The notes under the pieces: model-generated
What the model was told of the DNA's origin: nothing
The model's database searches: none
Seen by the model: only the letters and a program-made list of their open reading frames with translations
Made by a program: the position numbers and the translations under genes
Shown: one piece after another, positions 1-8,456 of the stretch
Numbering within the stretch: the stretch's first letter is position 1
Layout of the letters: each line of letters opens with the position of its first letter
Assembly: GCF_964204645.1 (NCBI RefSeq)
Contig: NC_134029.1
Span: forward strand, 11,186,850-11,250,849
Origin: Tubulanus polymorphus
Taxonomy: Eukaryota > Animalia > Nemertea
Direction of reading: 5' to 3'
Length of the DNA stretch: 64,000 bases

Positions 1-1175
1 TTTTTATTTTTTTCACCTTCCATTAATTTTGGAGCAGTAATAATCTTTTTATTTATATCATTTAATCCAAATGAATTATTTATTGTTGCAGTTTTAATTA
101 GATTATTATAACCAATTATATTTCCCATCTTCAATACTAAATCATTAGAAATAATTAATAGATTAGGGCCTATACAATAATTAAGTCTTACATGAGATTT
201 ATCTAAATAATTTTGATATCTTATAATGTTTTCTGGAATCGATCTATTTTTATCATTATGAATTGAATCTTCAAATAAAACTTTAAACTGTTTTTGTGTA
301 TCGAATGATGTATTCAAATTTCCAATTATCGGTGATCTTGTTTCAACTTGCGCACCTAAAATACATATCAAATAAGTTCTAATAGATTGATTTATTCTTT
401 CTATACCTGATTTAGTAAAACCTTCACTATTTTCTAAAATAAAATAAACCCAACCATTATTGTTTTCTTGTTTTAAATTATCATAAAATTTTGGTAATTT
501 ATTGAAATTTAATGTTTCTAAATCCTTTGTTTCTATTTTACCATAACCTAATTTATTATTATAGATATTATAAAAACTATTAGATGGTATGGGAAGTGCA
601 CAATATTCTGCAATCTTTCTAGGGCATGGAAGTGATCTTATTGTTCCAATTTTTGTTCTAAAATCAGAATTATTTATATCTATATTAAATTCATTGCAAA
701 TCTTATAAAACTTTGATAAATTAATATTATTATCTAATTCTTTGAAATACCTAGATCCTGGTAAAGCGCACTCTAATTCATTTAATATTATTCTGATTTG
801 AAAGTATGTATGAAATCTAAATAAACTTTGAATTAATTTATATTTAGAATTATTCAAATGATCATTCCAACTAATTCCACATCCTGTTGTTGCACAATAA
901 ACAGCAAAATTTAATTGATTCTGCCAATACTTCATATTAGATTTTAATAACCATTGTTTTTCATCTTTCAATTTTTTAAAATTAATTAAATATACATGAA
1001 ATATATTTTCCATCTTTGCATTAAAATTATTAGTTTCAGTAACATAAATATATAAATCAATTAATGAATCTAAAACTTCATTTCTATATGTAATATCTTT
1101 ATTAAAATCTATTGCTGGAATATTATATTTAATTGATTTATTATATTGGAAAGTTTTTGGAAAACTATCTGCCAT
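1..1175 (-). CDS. Uncharacterised Polinton-associated protein, >390 aa, runs off the window start (not in the ORF track)
   Basis: Hand translation from ATG 1175 (MADSFPKTFQYNK...YWQNQLNFAVYCATTGCGISW...RINQSIRTYLICILGAQVETRS...GYNNLIK) stays open to base 1. Preceded by the same TAATTTTTT..TAAATG motif as its neighbours. Confidence 0.85.
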   Translation of the reverse strand, partial: MADSFPKTFQYNKSIKYNIPAIDFNKDITYRNEVLDSLIDLYIYVTETNNFNAKMENIFHVYLINFKKLKDEKQWLLKSNMKYWQNQLNFAVYCATTGCGISWNDHLNNSKYKLIQSLFRFHTYFQIRIILNELECALPGSRYFKELDNNINLSKFYKICNEFNIDINNSDFRTKIGTIRSLPCPRKIAEYCALPIPSNSFYNIYNNKLGYGKIETKDLETLNFNKLPKFYDNLKQENNNGWVYFILENSEGFTKSGIERINQSIRTYLICILGAQVETRSPIIGNLNTSFDTQKQFKVLFEDSIHNDKNRSIPENIIRYQNYLDKSHVRLNYCIGPNLLIISNDLVLKMGNIIGYNNLIKTATINNSFGLNDINKKIITAPKLMEGEKNK

Positions 1176-1191
1176 TTATATAATTAAAAAA

Positions 1192-1626
1192 TTAATAATT
1201 TATTAATTCTTTTAATAATTTATCTTGCTCTTCAACTGTTATATGACCATTTAAACTTATTATATAATCTAGTGTGTTCTTTAATTTATTAATTTCTTTT
1301 ATATTAGTTTTAATTTTTTCTTTATTACTTTTTATATTTAATTTTGAACTTATACCAGTTAAAACACTTGAACTTAATCCTAATACACCAATTGATATAG
1401 CTAAAGGTGTTAATGGACTGAATATTGCTAGAAATGTTATTACAGAACTAATTGTAACCGAACCACTAATAATCAAATAATATATAATTTTACTTTTTAA
1501 ATATTTTTTCTTTTTTATCTTTAAGTCACTTTCAAATTCTAATATTTGTTTTTCTAAATATGTTTTTAATTTAGTTTTATTTATATCATGAGGAATAATA
1601 TCAATACTATCAACTTTATCTTCCAT
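1192..1626 (-). CDS. Viral small membrane protein (two hydrophobic helices flanked by coiled-coil-like segments)
   Basis: 144-aa ORF with hydrophobic stretch IIYYLIISGSVTISSVITFLAIF..LAISIGVLGLSSSVLTGI; conserved upstream motif. Confidence 0.8.
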   Translation of the reverse strand: MEDKVDSIDIIPHDINKTKLKTYLEKQILEFESDLKIKKKKYLKSKIIYYLIISGSVTISSVITFLAIFSPLTPLAISIGVLGLSSSVLTGISSKLNIKSNKEKIKTNIKEINKLKNTLDYIISLNGHITVEEQDKLLKELINY

Positions 1627-1646
1627 TTATTTAGCAAAAAAAATTA

Positions 1647-2069
1647 CTAATTAGTAAACTTATAAGCAACAAATATAACAATAACTGTTCCGCCTAAAAT
1701 CCAAATTATTTCATATTTCTGTTGTTCTTTACTTGGGGTATAATAATCTGATAATTTAGGTTTGTATAGATGTAATTTTTCTTTATTTGTTACTGCGTTA
1801 TATAAACTCATTGCATCATCAACTGAATGAAAATCTCTATGTGAAATCTTCTGATCATATAATTCTTTATTGATGTAATCCATATAGTTTTGCCTCTTTT
1901 CTCTATATTCTTCTGCAGCTTTATTGTATTTCTCTAACGCTAAGTTATGTCTTCTTTGTTCTCCTAATGAACTATTTTTATCAATATGTTTAAATAAATA
2001 ACCACCACCAGTAAATGCTAAAGCGTTAACAATTGCCGATCCTATAATAGTTATAATTGCAGAAGCCAT
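1647..2069 (-). CDS. Viral protein with N- and C-terminal hydrophobic helices and an ExxRHNxxxE motif (candidate membrane-active virion protein)
   Basis: 140-aa ORF containing EQRRHNLALE; conserved upstream motif. Confidence 0.8.
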   Translation of the reverse strand: MASAIITIIGSAIVNALAFTGGGYLFKHIDKNSSLGEQRRHNLALEKYNKAAEEYREKRQNYMDYINKELYDQKISHRDFHSVDDAMSLYNAVTNKEKLHLYKPKLSDYYTPSKEQQKYEIIWILGGTVIVIFVAYKFTN

Positions 2070-2094
2070 TTATTTAACAAAAAAAATTACACAT

Positions 2095-2316
2095 TTATAT
2101 GGGAGGAATATATTTTTGTTTTTCCAAATAATCAATAGTTAAATTAGATAAAGTAACTGCTAATGTTAACTTTAAAATATCATTTATATCAAATCTATCA
2201 ACATTAACACTTCCCATTTTGAATACTTTTTTTAATACCATTGAATAACCAACCGTTCCAACTGATAGTAATGCGCCATTATATAATCCAGTTATTATCC
2301 ACTTATTATCACTCAT
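2095..2316 (-). CDS. Viral small hydrophobic protein
   Basis: 73-aa ORF abutting the upstream stop (TAAATG); conserved upstream motif. Confidence 0.75.
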   Translation of the reverse strand: MSDNKWIITGLYNGALLSVGTVGYSMVLKKVFKMGSVNVDRFDINDILKLTLAVTLSNLTIDYLEKQKYIPPI

Positions 2317-2658
2317 TTATTTATCAAAAAAATTACTATCTTCAAAATATTTAGTTAACTTATTTATGATTAATTCAACATTTATTTTATTACTAGTTTT
2401 ATGATTATCATATATTTTGGATAATATGTTTTTGATATCATCAATAATTCCATCTTCATTTAATTCATAATATTCTAAAGGTGATTTAATTAAATCAATT
2501 ACTTTTTCTATATTATAATTTTCTTTATCAATCATTGATGCATTGTTAAATGATTTACTTTTTATATCAGTAATTATATCATTTAGTTTAATTCTCATTT
2601 CTTTACCATGTTTAAAATCAAACCCAAATCATATACTCGGTCCAACAGTTATATTCAT
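2317..2658 (-). CDS. Viral hypothetical protein; probable true start 2658 with an in-frame TGA at codon 10 (ORF track calls 2317..2598)
   Basis: ATG at 2658 carries the conserved motif and is in frame with ATG 2598: MNITVGPSI*FGFDFKHGKEMRIKLN. Confidence 0.65.
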
Positions 2659-2674
2659 TTATATAGTGAAAAAA

Positions 2675-3436
2675 TTACTCTTTACATCTTATAACTAATT
2701 CATAAATTACAGGGAAATTATTTAAATCAATTAAGTATCCATTATGATTTCTAATTTCTAATCTAAAATTATTAAAATGAGGAATGCAAGGTTTGAAATC
2801 ACATTCTGTTAAATTATAATTTATTTGCGTTCCAAATTCTTTAACATTCTTCAATGGTAAAATGTTTAGTAAACCAGAATTACAAGTTATATCTTTAGTT
2901 GCTTCGAATGTTTTTGTAGGATCGATTAAATTGCAATAAATATAAAAATGTGTGTAAGGTATTAAGTTTGGTGTAGTAGCGTCAATATTTGTAAAAGATC
3001 TATCTGGAAGAATTCCTAACAGTTTAGCTATAGGTTTTTTTACCATAAATTTATGTTTTTCACTATTAGACAACCTTATCTTTATTCTATCAGAACTCTC
3101 ACTTTTTAAAAATCTAATACTAAACCCAGAACTACTACCTAATTTGTGCCAGGCTTTTCTATTAATTTCTTGTGCCAATGTATCTAAATTATATAACCCC
3201 GGTTTTAAATATATATAGACCCATTCATTTTTATTTTTATTAAAAACTAAAAAGGCTCTATGTTCAATAGTTTTATTCGATATATTGTAAAAAGAATTAC
3301 ATAAACTTATATTTACTAATTTTAAATCTACACAATTCTTAAATTCTCTATCTAATTGTACTAATAAATTATGTGATTTATAATTTGTAAGTTTTCTAGA
3401 ATCAACAAATATTCTGTATTCTTTTAATTCCGCCAT
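2675..3436 (-). CDS. Penton / minor capsid protein (single jelly-roll) of a Polinton-like virus
   Basis: Typical pattern: IFVDS, NSFYNI, LKPGLYN, KLLG, FYIYCNLI, LLNILPL, and C-terminal RLEIRNHNGYLIDLNNFPVIYELVIR. Confidence 0.8.
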   Translation of the reverse strand: MAELKEYRIFVDSRKLTNYKSHNLLVQLDREFKNCVDLKLVNISLCNSFYNISNKTIEHRAFLVFNKNKNEWVYIYLKPGLYNLDTLAQEINRKAWHKLGSSSGFSIRFLKSESSDRIKIRLSNSEKHKFMVKKPIAKLLGILPDRSFTNIDATTPNLIPYTHFYIYCNLIDPTKTFEATKDITCNSGLLNILPLKNVKEFGTQINYNLTECDFKPCIPHFNNFRLEIRNHNGYLIDLNNFPVIYELVIRCKE

Positions 3437-3451
3437 TTATTTTACATATTT

Positions 3452-3793
3452 TCATTCAAAATCAATATCGTGGTGCCCTTTTTCATTCTTACCTTTGTAT
3501 ACGAAATAGAAATCTCCAGAACATAATTCTTCTAGATCTTCACTTGATAATCTATGAAATCTATCTGGTAAATAAGTTCTGAATTTATATTTATTTCCTT
3601 TTAATCCTTCATATTCTAAATGAATTACTAATTTATCTCCATATTTATTAGTAATTGTTTCAATGTTAGTAATTAAATATTTCTTATGGATTGTTAATTC
3701 TGTTAACTTTTTGAATTTATAATCTACAGATTTGACGCTTGAAGTATCTTTAATTCTATCTAAGAATTCACTGTGTACTTGTTTACTCTCCAT
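3452..3793 (-). CDS. Small OB-fold-like protein (candidate ssDNA-binding protein)
   Basis: Pattern KKLTEL..KKYLI..IT.KYG.KLVIHL..YLPDRF..FVYKG; adjacent to PolB. The fold assignment is inference. Confidence 0.55.
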   Translation of the reverse strand: MESKQVHSEFLDRIKDTSSVKSVDYKFKKLTELTIHKKYLITNIETITNKYGDKLVIHLEYEGLKGNKYKFRTYLPDRFHRLSSEDLEELCSGDFYFVYKGKNEKGHHDIDFE

Positions 3794-3821
3794 TTATTAT
3801 ACAAATTTTTATTGAAATTGA

Positions 3822-6800
3822 TTAACACGCCGCTAGAATCCTTTTCATAATCTCATTTTCTTTTGTTTCTTCTCTTTTGAATTTTATATATTCATCTAAA
3901 TTGCAACCATAGGCGACTGTGTGGATTCCATCATCTAAAATATATCTTTTATCATCAAATGGGTTTAGACTTATCTTCTCTATCTCTTCAATATACATTT
4001 CATGATCTTCAGATCTTAAACATTTCATCTTATGTTTTCTAACTTCTTCATTAAATATACAATTGATGTAATCTTTAAAATGAATATTCTTTTCTACTAC
4101 ACTTTTGGTTATTCCTTTTAACTTTTTAGCTTCATGTTCTTTAGTTTTATATGAATACATTTTAGATCTAATACCAATGAACTCTATCATTTCTTCACCA
4201 CCTAATTCATCCTTAAACTTCCCAGGAACTTTTTTATTATCATTGTTAAACAATTCATGATCTTTAGGATAATTACTGAAATCAAAATGATGTTTTAATG
4301 TTTTTAAATCATCTGTTATGTTATCAGTTTTTATCTTTAATCTGTAAGAATCTGTATCAAAATATAATATTTCTATGTTTTTTTCTCCAAAATGGGGCTG
4401 TAGTATATTATAGTAAAATTTATACATTAATAACTTTGATAATTCTAAAACAGTCGAACCAATAAATATAGGTTTATTGAATTTAATAGATGTTCTCCTC
4501 ATTTTAACTGCAGCTAAATTTTCATCAAATATTCTGTTACCTATAAACTTAGGATATGATTGTAAATGCCTTATCCTTTTACCATTACTAACTAACTCAA
4601 TATCATTTCTATTTCTTATGTTTTCACAAGTCTTACCATAGAACGCATTATTCATTAACTTAAAAAAATCTTTTTCAAAATCAGTTTTAGATTTAGTTCT
4701 CTGTGTAGTATTAAAATCTATATATTTTTCTAACCATTTAGATTGACTGAATGAAATATATCTATGTACTTTTTTTAGAATCATTCCTTGATCTAAATAA
4801 AACTTCAACATTCTATAATGCACAACGTAATTATATTTATCTTCTTGAGTTACCATTAACTTTTCAGTATGAATATGATTATCGGGTTTAATTCTTTTTT
4901 GATAATTTGATAATTCTTCATGTTTAACAGTTTTATGTTCGGGACAATATGCTAGATTTCTAGATTTGAATTTAATATTTTCGGGGTATTCTAAATCTAC
5001 AACGAAGAAGTAACCAATATCTGAATCATCTGCAATATCTAGGATTCTTTTCTTCCAATCAAATTTATCAATTTGTAAAACTTCAGTTATTTCAAACATC
5101 CCATAAGGTTGTGGTTCCATCATTGCCCAACCATAAAGATTATTTGCATCTATGTATAATAATTTATATCCAGGATTATCATTTACATTGAAATATCTAT
5201 CACCCAATACACCTGAAACACCTCCTCTTATAGATTTTTCAAATAATAATAATTGATCTATATTTGTTAACAAATCCATTTTTATATCTGTAAATTTTAA
5301 TCCACAATCCCATGTTAATCCTGGACTAGAATAACAATGACAAGGATCAATATTGAAATATTTTAGGTTTACATCTCTAAACCTTTCGAATATATCGGTT
5401 AATAATAATACATCTGATTTTAAATATAAATCTACTAATTGCCCATGATTTTCTATTTTGAAATGATTCCAAATATTCAATGTTCTATTATATACTTCAT
5501 CTTTAACATATTCATTTTTTAATTCATCATAGAATTGTTCTTTTAATAATTCAGTTATTTTAAAATCATTATGATTTTTATAGAAAGAATATGGAATCGC
5601 TCCTTTATATCTCATTAATTGAAAATCATCATTATTTGGGTAATATTCTTTTAATATCTTTAATTCATCATCAACTAATGATTTTGATAAGTTATCTAAT
5701 GAACTATTTAAAAATCTATATGAATCTATAAATCTTAGACAACCAAATTGGAATGATATATAATTCTCAGATGTTTTAGCTAACATTCTAAATTTATAAG
5801 TTGGTATTTTATCTTTTGATCTATTTGAATTTAATATTTCTATTTCATTATTGATTTCTTCTATTTTATAACATAGCTGTTTGATAAATAAATGCGCGTC
5901 ATACCCCGATAAATTGTGAAATATAACTGGTACAAAGTTAATTTTCTTAGCTTGTAAGTTACAATTCTCATGCGCTGCGCCTCTAAACTTTCCATTCAAA
6001 TGATCATGATCTCTTACTTTTTCATCTTTATAATTAAATAGTTTTTCACAATAATAACATTTATCTGCAAACGCAAATTCTTCTTTATCTTCTTCTGTCA
6101 TTATAATTTCTATATTTTTATTTAACTTTTCATTAAATCTTATTTCATATTCAATTAATAAGTCACAAAAATGATTAATAACATTTTCATTTCTATAATC
6201 ATAATATTCACTTTCAATTAGTTCTGGATAATCAGATTTAATATATAACCCGAAAGCTGCAGCTGATTGATGAATCTTTTTAATTGTATTTGTTATTGGT
6301 GGTTCATCTGAATAATCACTTTCATTAGAATTTAATTTCTTTCTTTTATAATATATATCTTTTCTATCTTTATCTGTTAATTCTTTATTTAATGATTCAA
6401 AATCTCCATATATTCCAAATGGTACTTTATTTTTGTAATCATATTTTTTGAATTCTAATATTTTATCCTTTTCATTTGGTAAAACTAATTTACAATAATC
6501 ATGATTATCACATAGTTGTTTATGATTTAATAATGTACTTTCATTACTGAATCTATGTAAACATTTTCTACATAGATATATTTTATGGTGATCATTTTCT
6601 GATTTGAAAAATAAATCGATTTGTTTAATCCACATGTAATGATTTTCATAATATAGTATATCTATAACATCATTTGAATCATTATCTTTTGATAGGTATA
6701 AAGGTTCTAATGTATAATGTTTAATATTATTTCCTTTTGTATTTGGTAATTTGATTAAATCAAATACATTTATCTTTATATTATTATCTCTTTCTATTTT

Positions 6801-7847
6801 TGGGATGTTTTTAATTCTAACAGGATACTTATCTATCTTATAATTATTTTCAAATGGTTTATAATGAGTTAATCTACAAATATTATAAGTTGCAGGATGT
6901 AAACAACTTATTATAGCCCATAGAAAACATTTATCATCTTCATTTTGTACATTTATTACAGCATTAGTTTTAAATGGTAGTTTAATATAACTTGATGCTT
7001 CAATATCTGGTTCTTTATAATATGATAAATTATTTTCATCAATTGGTTTTGATTTAGTTAACTTATTATATTTTGTGTTATAAACATGTAAAGTTATAAA
7101 TATTATCTCATCAAATATTAAACCAGATCCTTCAAAATATTTCTCTTCTATTTTAGTTTTTACTTCATTATAACATTTATCTAATTTATCATCTATATGT
7201 TGTTTAGATATAATATGTTGTGAATGAGAATTTATATTATATATTGGTTTATCTTCAGATTTTATAAACTTTACTTTAACTGATATACTTATTTTAGGAT
7301 ATTCAACATCTGTAATTATTTTTATTATTTCTTTCATATTTTCTAAATGTTTTTTATTTTCTTCTATTGTTTTTCCTTTATGAAATTTAAACTCGATAGC
7401 TGCTGGACCAATATCACTTTTAAATGCTTCGGTTATCTCTATATCTTTTTTATTATCTAATGAATTAATATAATTTCTTACATCTTCCATGTATGGTCTT
7501 TTATTGTTTAATTTATTTTTTATTCTTTTAATTGTCTTCTGTTTCTTATCGTTATCATTATCAAAATAATCTTCACCTAAAATATCATTATTCTTATTTC
7601 TAATATGACTTATAGATTTTAAATGTTCTTTATAATATCTTTTATCACTGAATGATTGATTACATGTATCACATTTGTATGTTTCCTTTTCATCCTTTAA
7701 TTCTTCTAATTTAGTTTCTAATATATCATCTTCATATTCTAGTTTCAATTTATTTTCTAAATGTGTTATAGTTTTATTGTGTCTTGCTTTTTGGGATTTA
7801 TCTATATCGATATTACATGTTGGGCAGTAGTACTTATTTGCTTCCAT
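3822..7847 (-). CDS. polB: Protein-primed family B DNA polymerase (Polinton type) with N-terminal C2H2-type zinc fingers, OTU-like protease and inserted endonuclease-VII-like domain
   Basis: Exo motifs GDFES, FHNLSGYD, YLKSDV; Pol motifs YIDANNLYG, KLMNNAFYGK, YFDTDS; CPTC..H..H and CDTC..H..H; NEDDKCFLWAI...HY; CYYC..VRDHDHLNGKFRGAAHENCN. Uninterrupted 1341 aa. Confidence 0.95.
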   Translation of the reverse strand: MEANKYYCPTCNIDIDKSQKARHNKTITHLENKLKLEYEDDILETKLEELKDEKETYKCDTCNQSFSDKRYYKEHLKSISHIRNKNNDILGEDYFDNDNDKKQKTIKRIKNKLNNKRPYMEDVRNYINSLDNKKDIEITEAFKSDIGPAAIEFKFHKGKTIEENKKHLENMKEIIKIITDVEYPKISISVKVKFIKSEDKPIYNINSHSQHIISKQHIDDKLDKCYNEVKTKIEEKYFEGSGLIFDEIIFITLHVYNTKYNKLTKSKPIDENNLSYYKEPDIEASSYIKLPFKTNAVINVQNEDDKCFLWAIISCLHPATYNICRLTHYKPFENNYKIDKYPVRIKNIPKIERDNNIKINVFDLIKLPNTKGNNIKHYTLEPLYLSKDNDSNDVIDILYYENHYMWIKQIDLFFKSENDHHKIYLCRKCLHRFSNESTLLNHKQLCDNHDYCKLVLPNEKDKILEFKKYDYKNKVPFGIYGDFESLNKELTDKDRKDIYYKRKKLNSNESDYSDEPPITNTIKKIHQSAAAFGLYIKSDYPELIESEYYDYRNENVINHFCDLLIEYEIRFNEKLNKNIEIIMTEEDKEEFAFADKCYYCEKLFNYKDEKVRDHDHLNGKFRGAAHENCNLQAKKINFVPVIFHNLSGYDAHLFIKQLCYKIEEINNEIEILNSNRSKDKIPTYKFRMLAKTSENYISFQFGCLRFIDSYRFLNSSLDNLSKSLVDDELKILKEYYPNNDDFQLMRYKGAIPYSFYKNHNDFKITELLKEQFYDELKNEYVKDEVYNRTLNIWNHFKIENHGQLVDLYLKSDVLLLTDIFERFRDVNLKYFNIDPCHCYSSPGLTWDCGLKFTDIKMDLLTNIDQLLLFEKSIRGGVSGVLGDRYFNVNDNPGYKLLYIDANNLYGWAMMEPQPYGMFEITEVLQIDKFDWKKRILDIADDSDIGYFFVVDLEYPENIKFKSRNLAYCPEHKTVKHEELSNYQKRIKPDNHIHTEKLMVTQEDKYNYVVHYRMLKFYLDQGMILKKVHRYISFSQSKWLEKYIDFNTTQRTKSKTDFEKDFFKLMNNAFYGKTCENIRNRNDIELVSNGKRIRHLQSYPKFIGNRIFDENLAAVKMRRTSIKFNKPIFIGSTVLELSKLLMYKFYYNILQPHFGEKNIEILYFDTDSYRLKIKTDNITDDLKTLKHHFDFSNYPKDHELFNNDNKKVPGKFKDELGGEEMIEFIGIRSKMYSYKTKEHEAKKLKGITKSVVEKNIHFKDYINCIFNEEVRKHKMKCLRSEDHEMYIEEIEKISLNPFDDKRYILDDGIHTVAYGCNLDEYIKFKREETKENEIMKRILAAC

Positions 7848-7927
7848 TTTAATACTAAATTTTTTATTAAAATTGATTTTAGAAGTTCAATGATTTAAAT
7901 GTTATTCATATATATGAATATTTTAAG

Positions 7928-8332
7928 AGTAATAGGGGTAATGGGCTTTCGGGTTAAAGGTTGAATGGTCGAGTTCATTAATAACATATATTAAAAGTAA
8001 TTAAAAAACTATAATATATTTTCATAACCGTGTGTATTTCAGTTGAACAATAGAATAATAATTATCATTTGAATATATTTGATTATATGAATTTGTGTAT
8101 TGTAATTAAATCAATTGGTCGCGGAGCGGAGCGGTAGCGAAGTGGAGCGACCAATTGATTTAATACAATATGCTTTTTATATTATTGATATCTTAGAATA
8201 AATATTTAGTTTTAATATAAAATACACACGGTTATGAAAATATATTATAGTTTTTTAATTACTTTTAATATATGTTTTTTTATGAGCTCGACCTTTCGAC
8301 CTTTGATCTGAAAGCCCATTACCCCTATTACT
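7928..8332. repeat. Terminal 405-nt imperfect palindrome (hairpin) of the viral element
   Basis: 7928-8039 is the reverse complement of 8220-8332; inner stem 8095-8122 pairs with 8147-8173; 24-nt GC-rich loop. Confidence 0.95.
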
Positions 8333-8456
8333 TCCATGAATATACGATTAAAAGTTAAGACAGAAATTTAAGAAATTCTTTCATATATTGGAAAGGTAGC
8401 CGAATTCCAGTTAATAAGGGATGATTCAGTGACAACAAGGCAACTTAATACCACTT

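Larger units (their letters stand above)
1173..2677 (-). promoter_or_regulatory. Five copies of an upstream motif TAATTTTTT-N-TAWATAAATG, at the starts 1175, 1626, 2069, 2316 and 2658
   Basis: Direct alignment of the five upstream regions; the motif begins 19-20 nt before each ATG. Confidence 0.75.
1..8332 (-). mobile_element. Endogenous Polinton/Maverick-like (adintovirus-like) virus, one end only; continues beyond the window start
   Basis: Intronless, tightly packed co-oriented ORFs including pPolB and penton. Visibly more AT-rich than the flanking host DNA. Ends in a long inverted repeat reading 5'-AGTAATAGGGG on the minus strand from 8332 (Polinton termini typically begin AG). Confidence 0.9.

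Noticed and set aside
1274-1480. Plus-strand 68-aa ORF
   Set aside because: Antisense shadow of the 1192-1626 gene, with no upstream motif.
1186-2674. T-runs as poxvirus early terminators (TTTTTNT)
   Set aside because: Only three of five copies fit, and their fixed distance to the next ATG favours a promoter role.
7869-7876. AAAATTGA mimivirus early-promoter octamer
   Set aside because: It is antisense to polB, is expected by chance in such AT-rich DNA, and is part of the minus-strand motif already described.
7928-8332. Hairpin as an independent MITE
   Set aside because: The flanks (tttaag / tccatg) show no TSD, its composition matches the virus, and it sits exactly at the virus-host boundary. 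Not fully excluded without the other end.
1-8332. Bacterial, phage or organellar plasmid contamination
   Set aside because: The penton and Polinton-type PolB architecture indicate a eukaryotic virus, there are no Shine-Dalgarno motifs, and it is contiguous with an intron-containing host gene.
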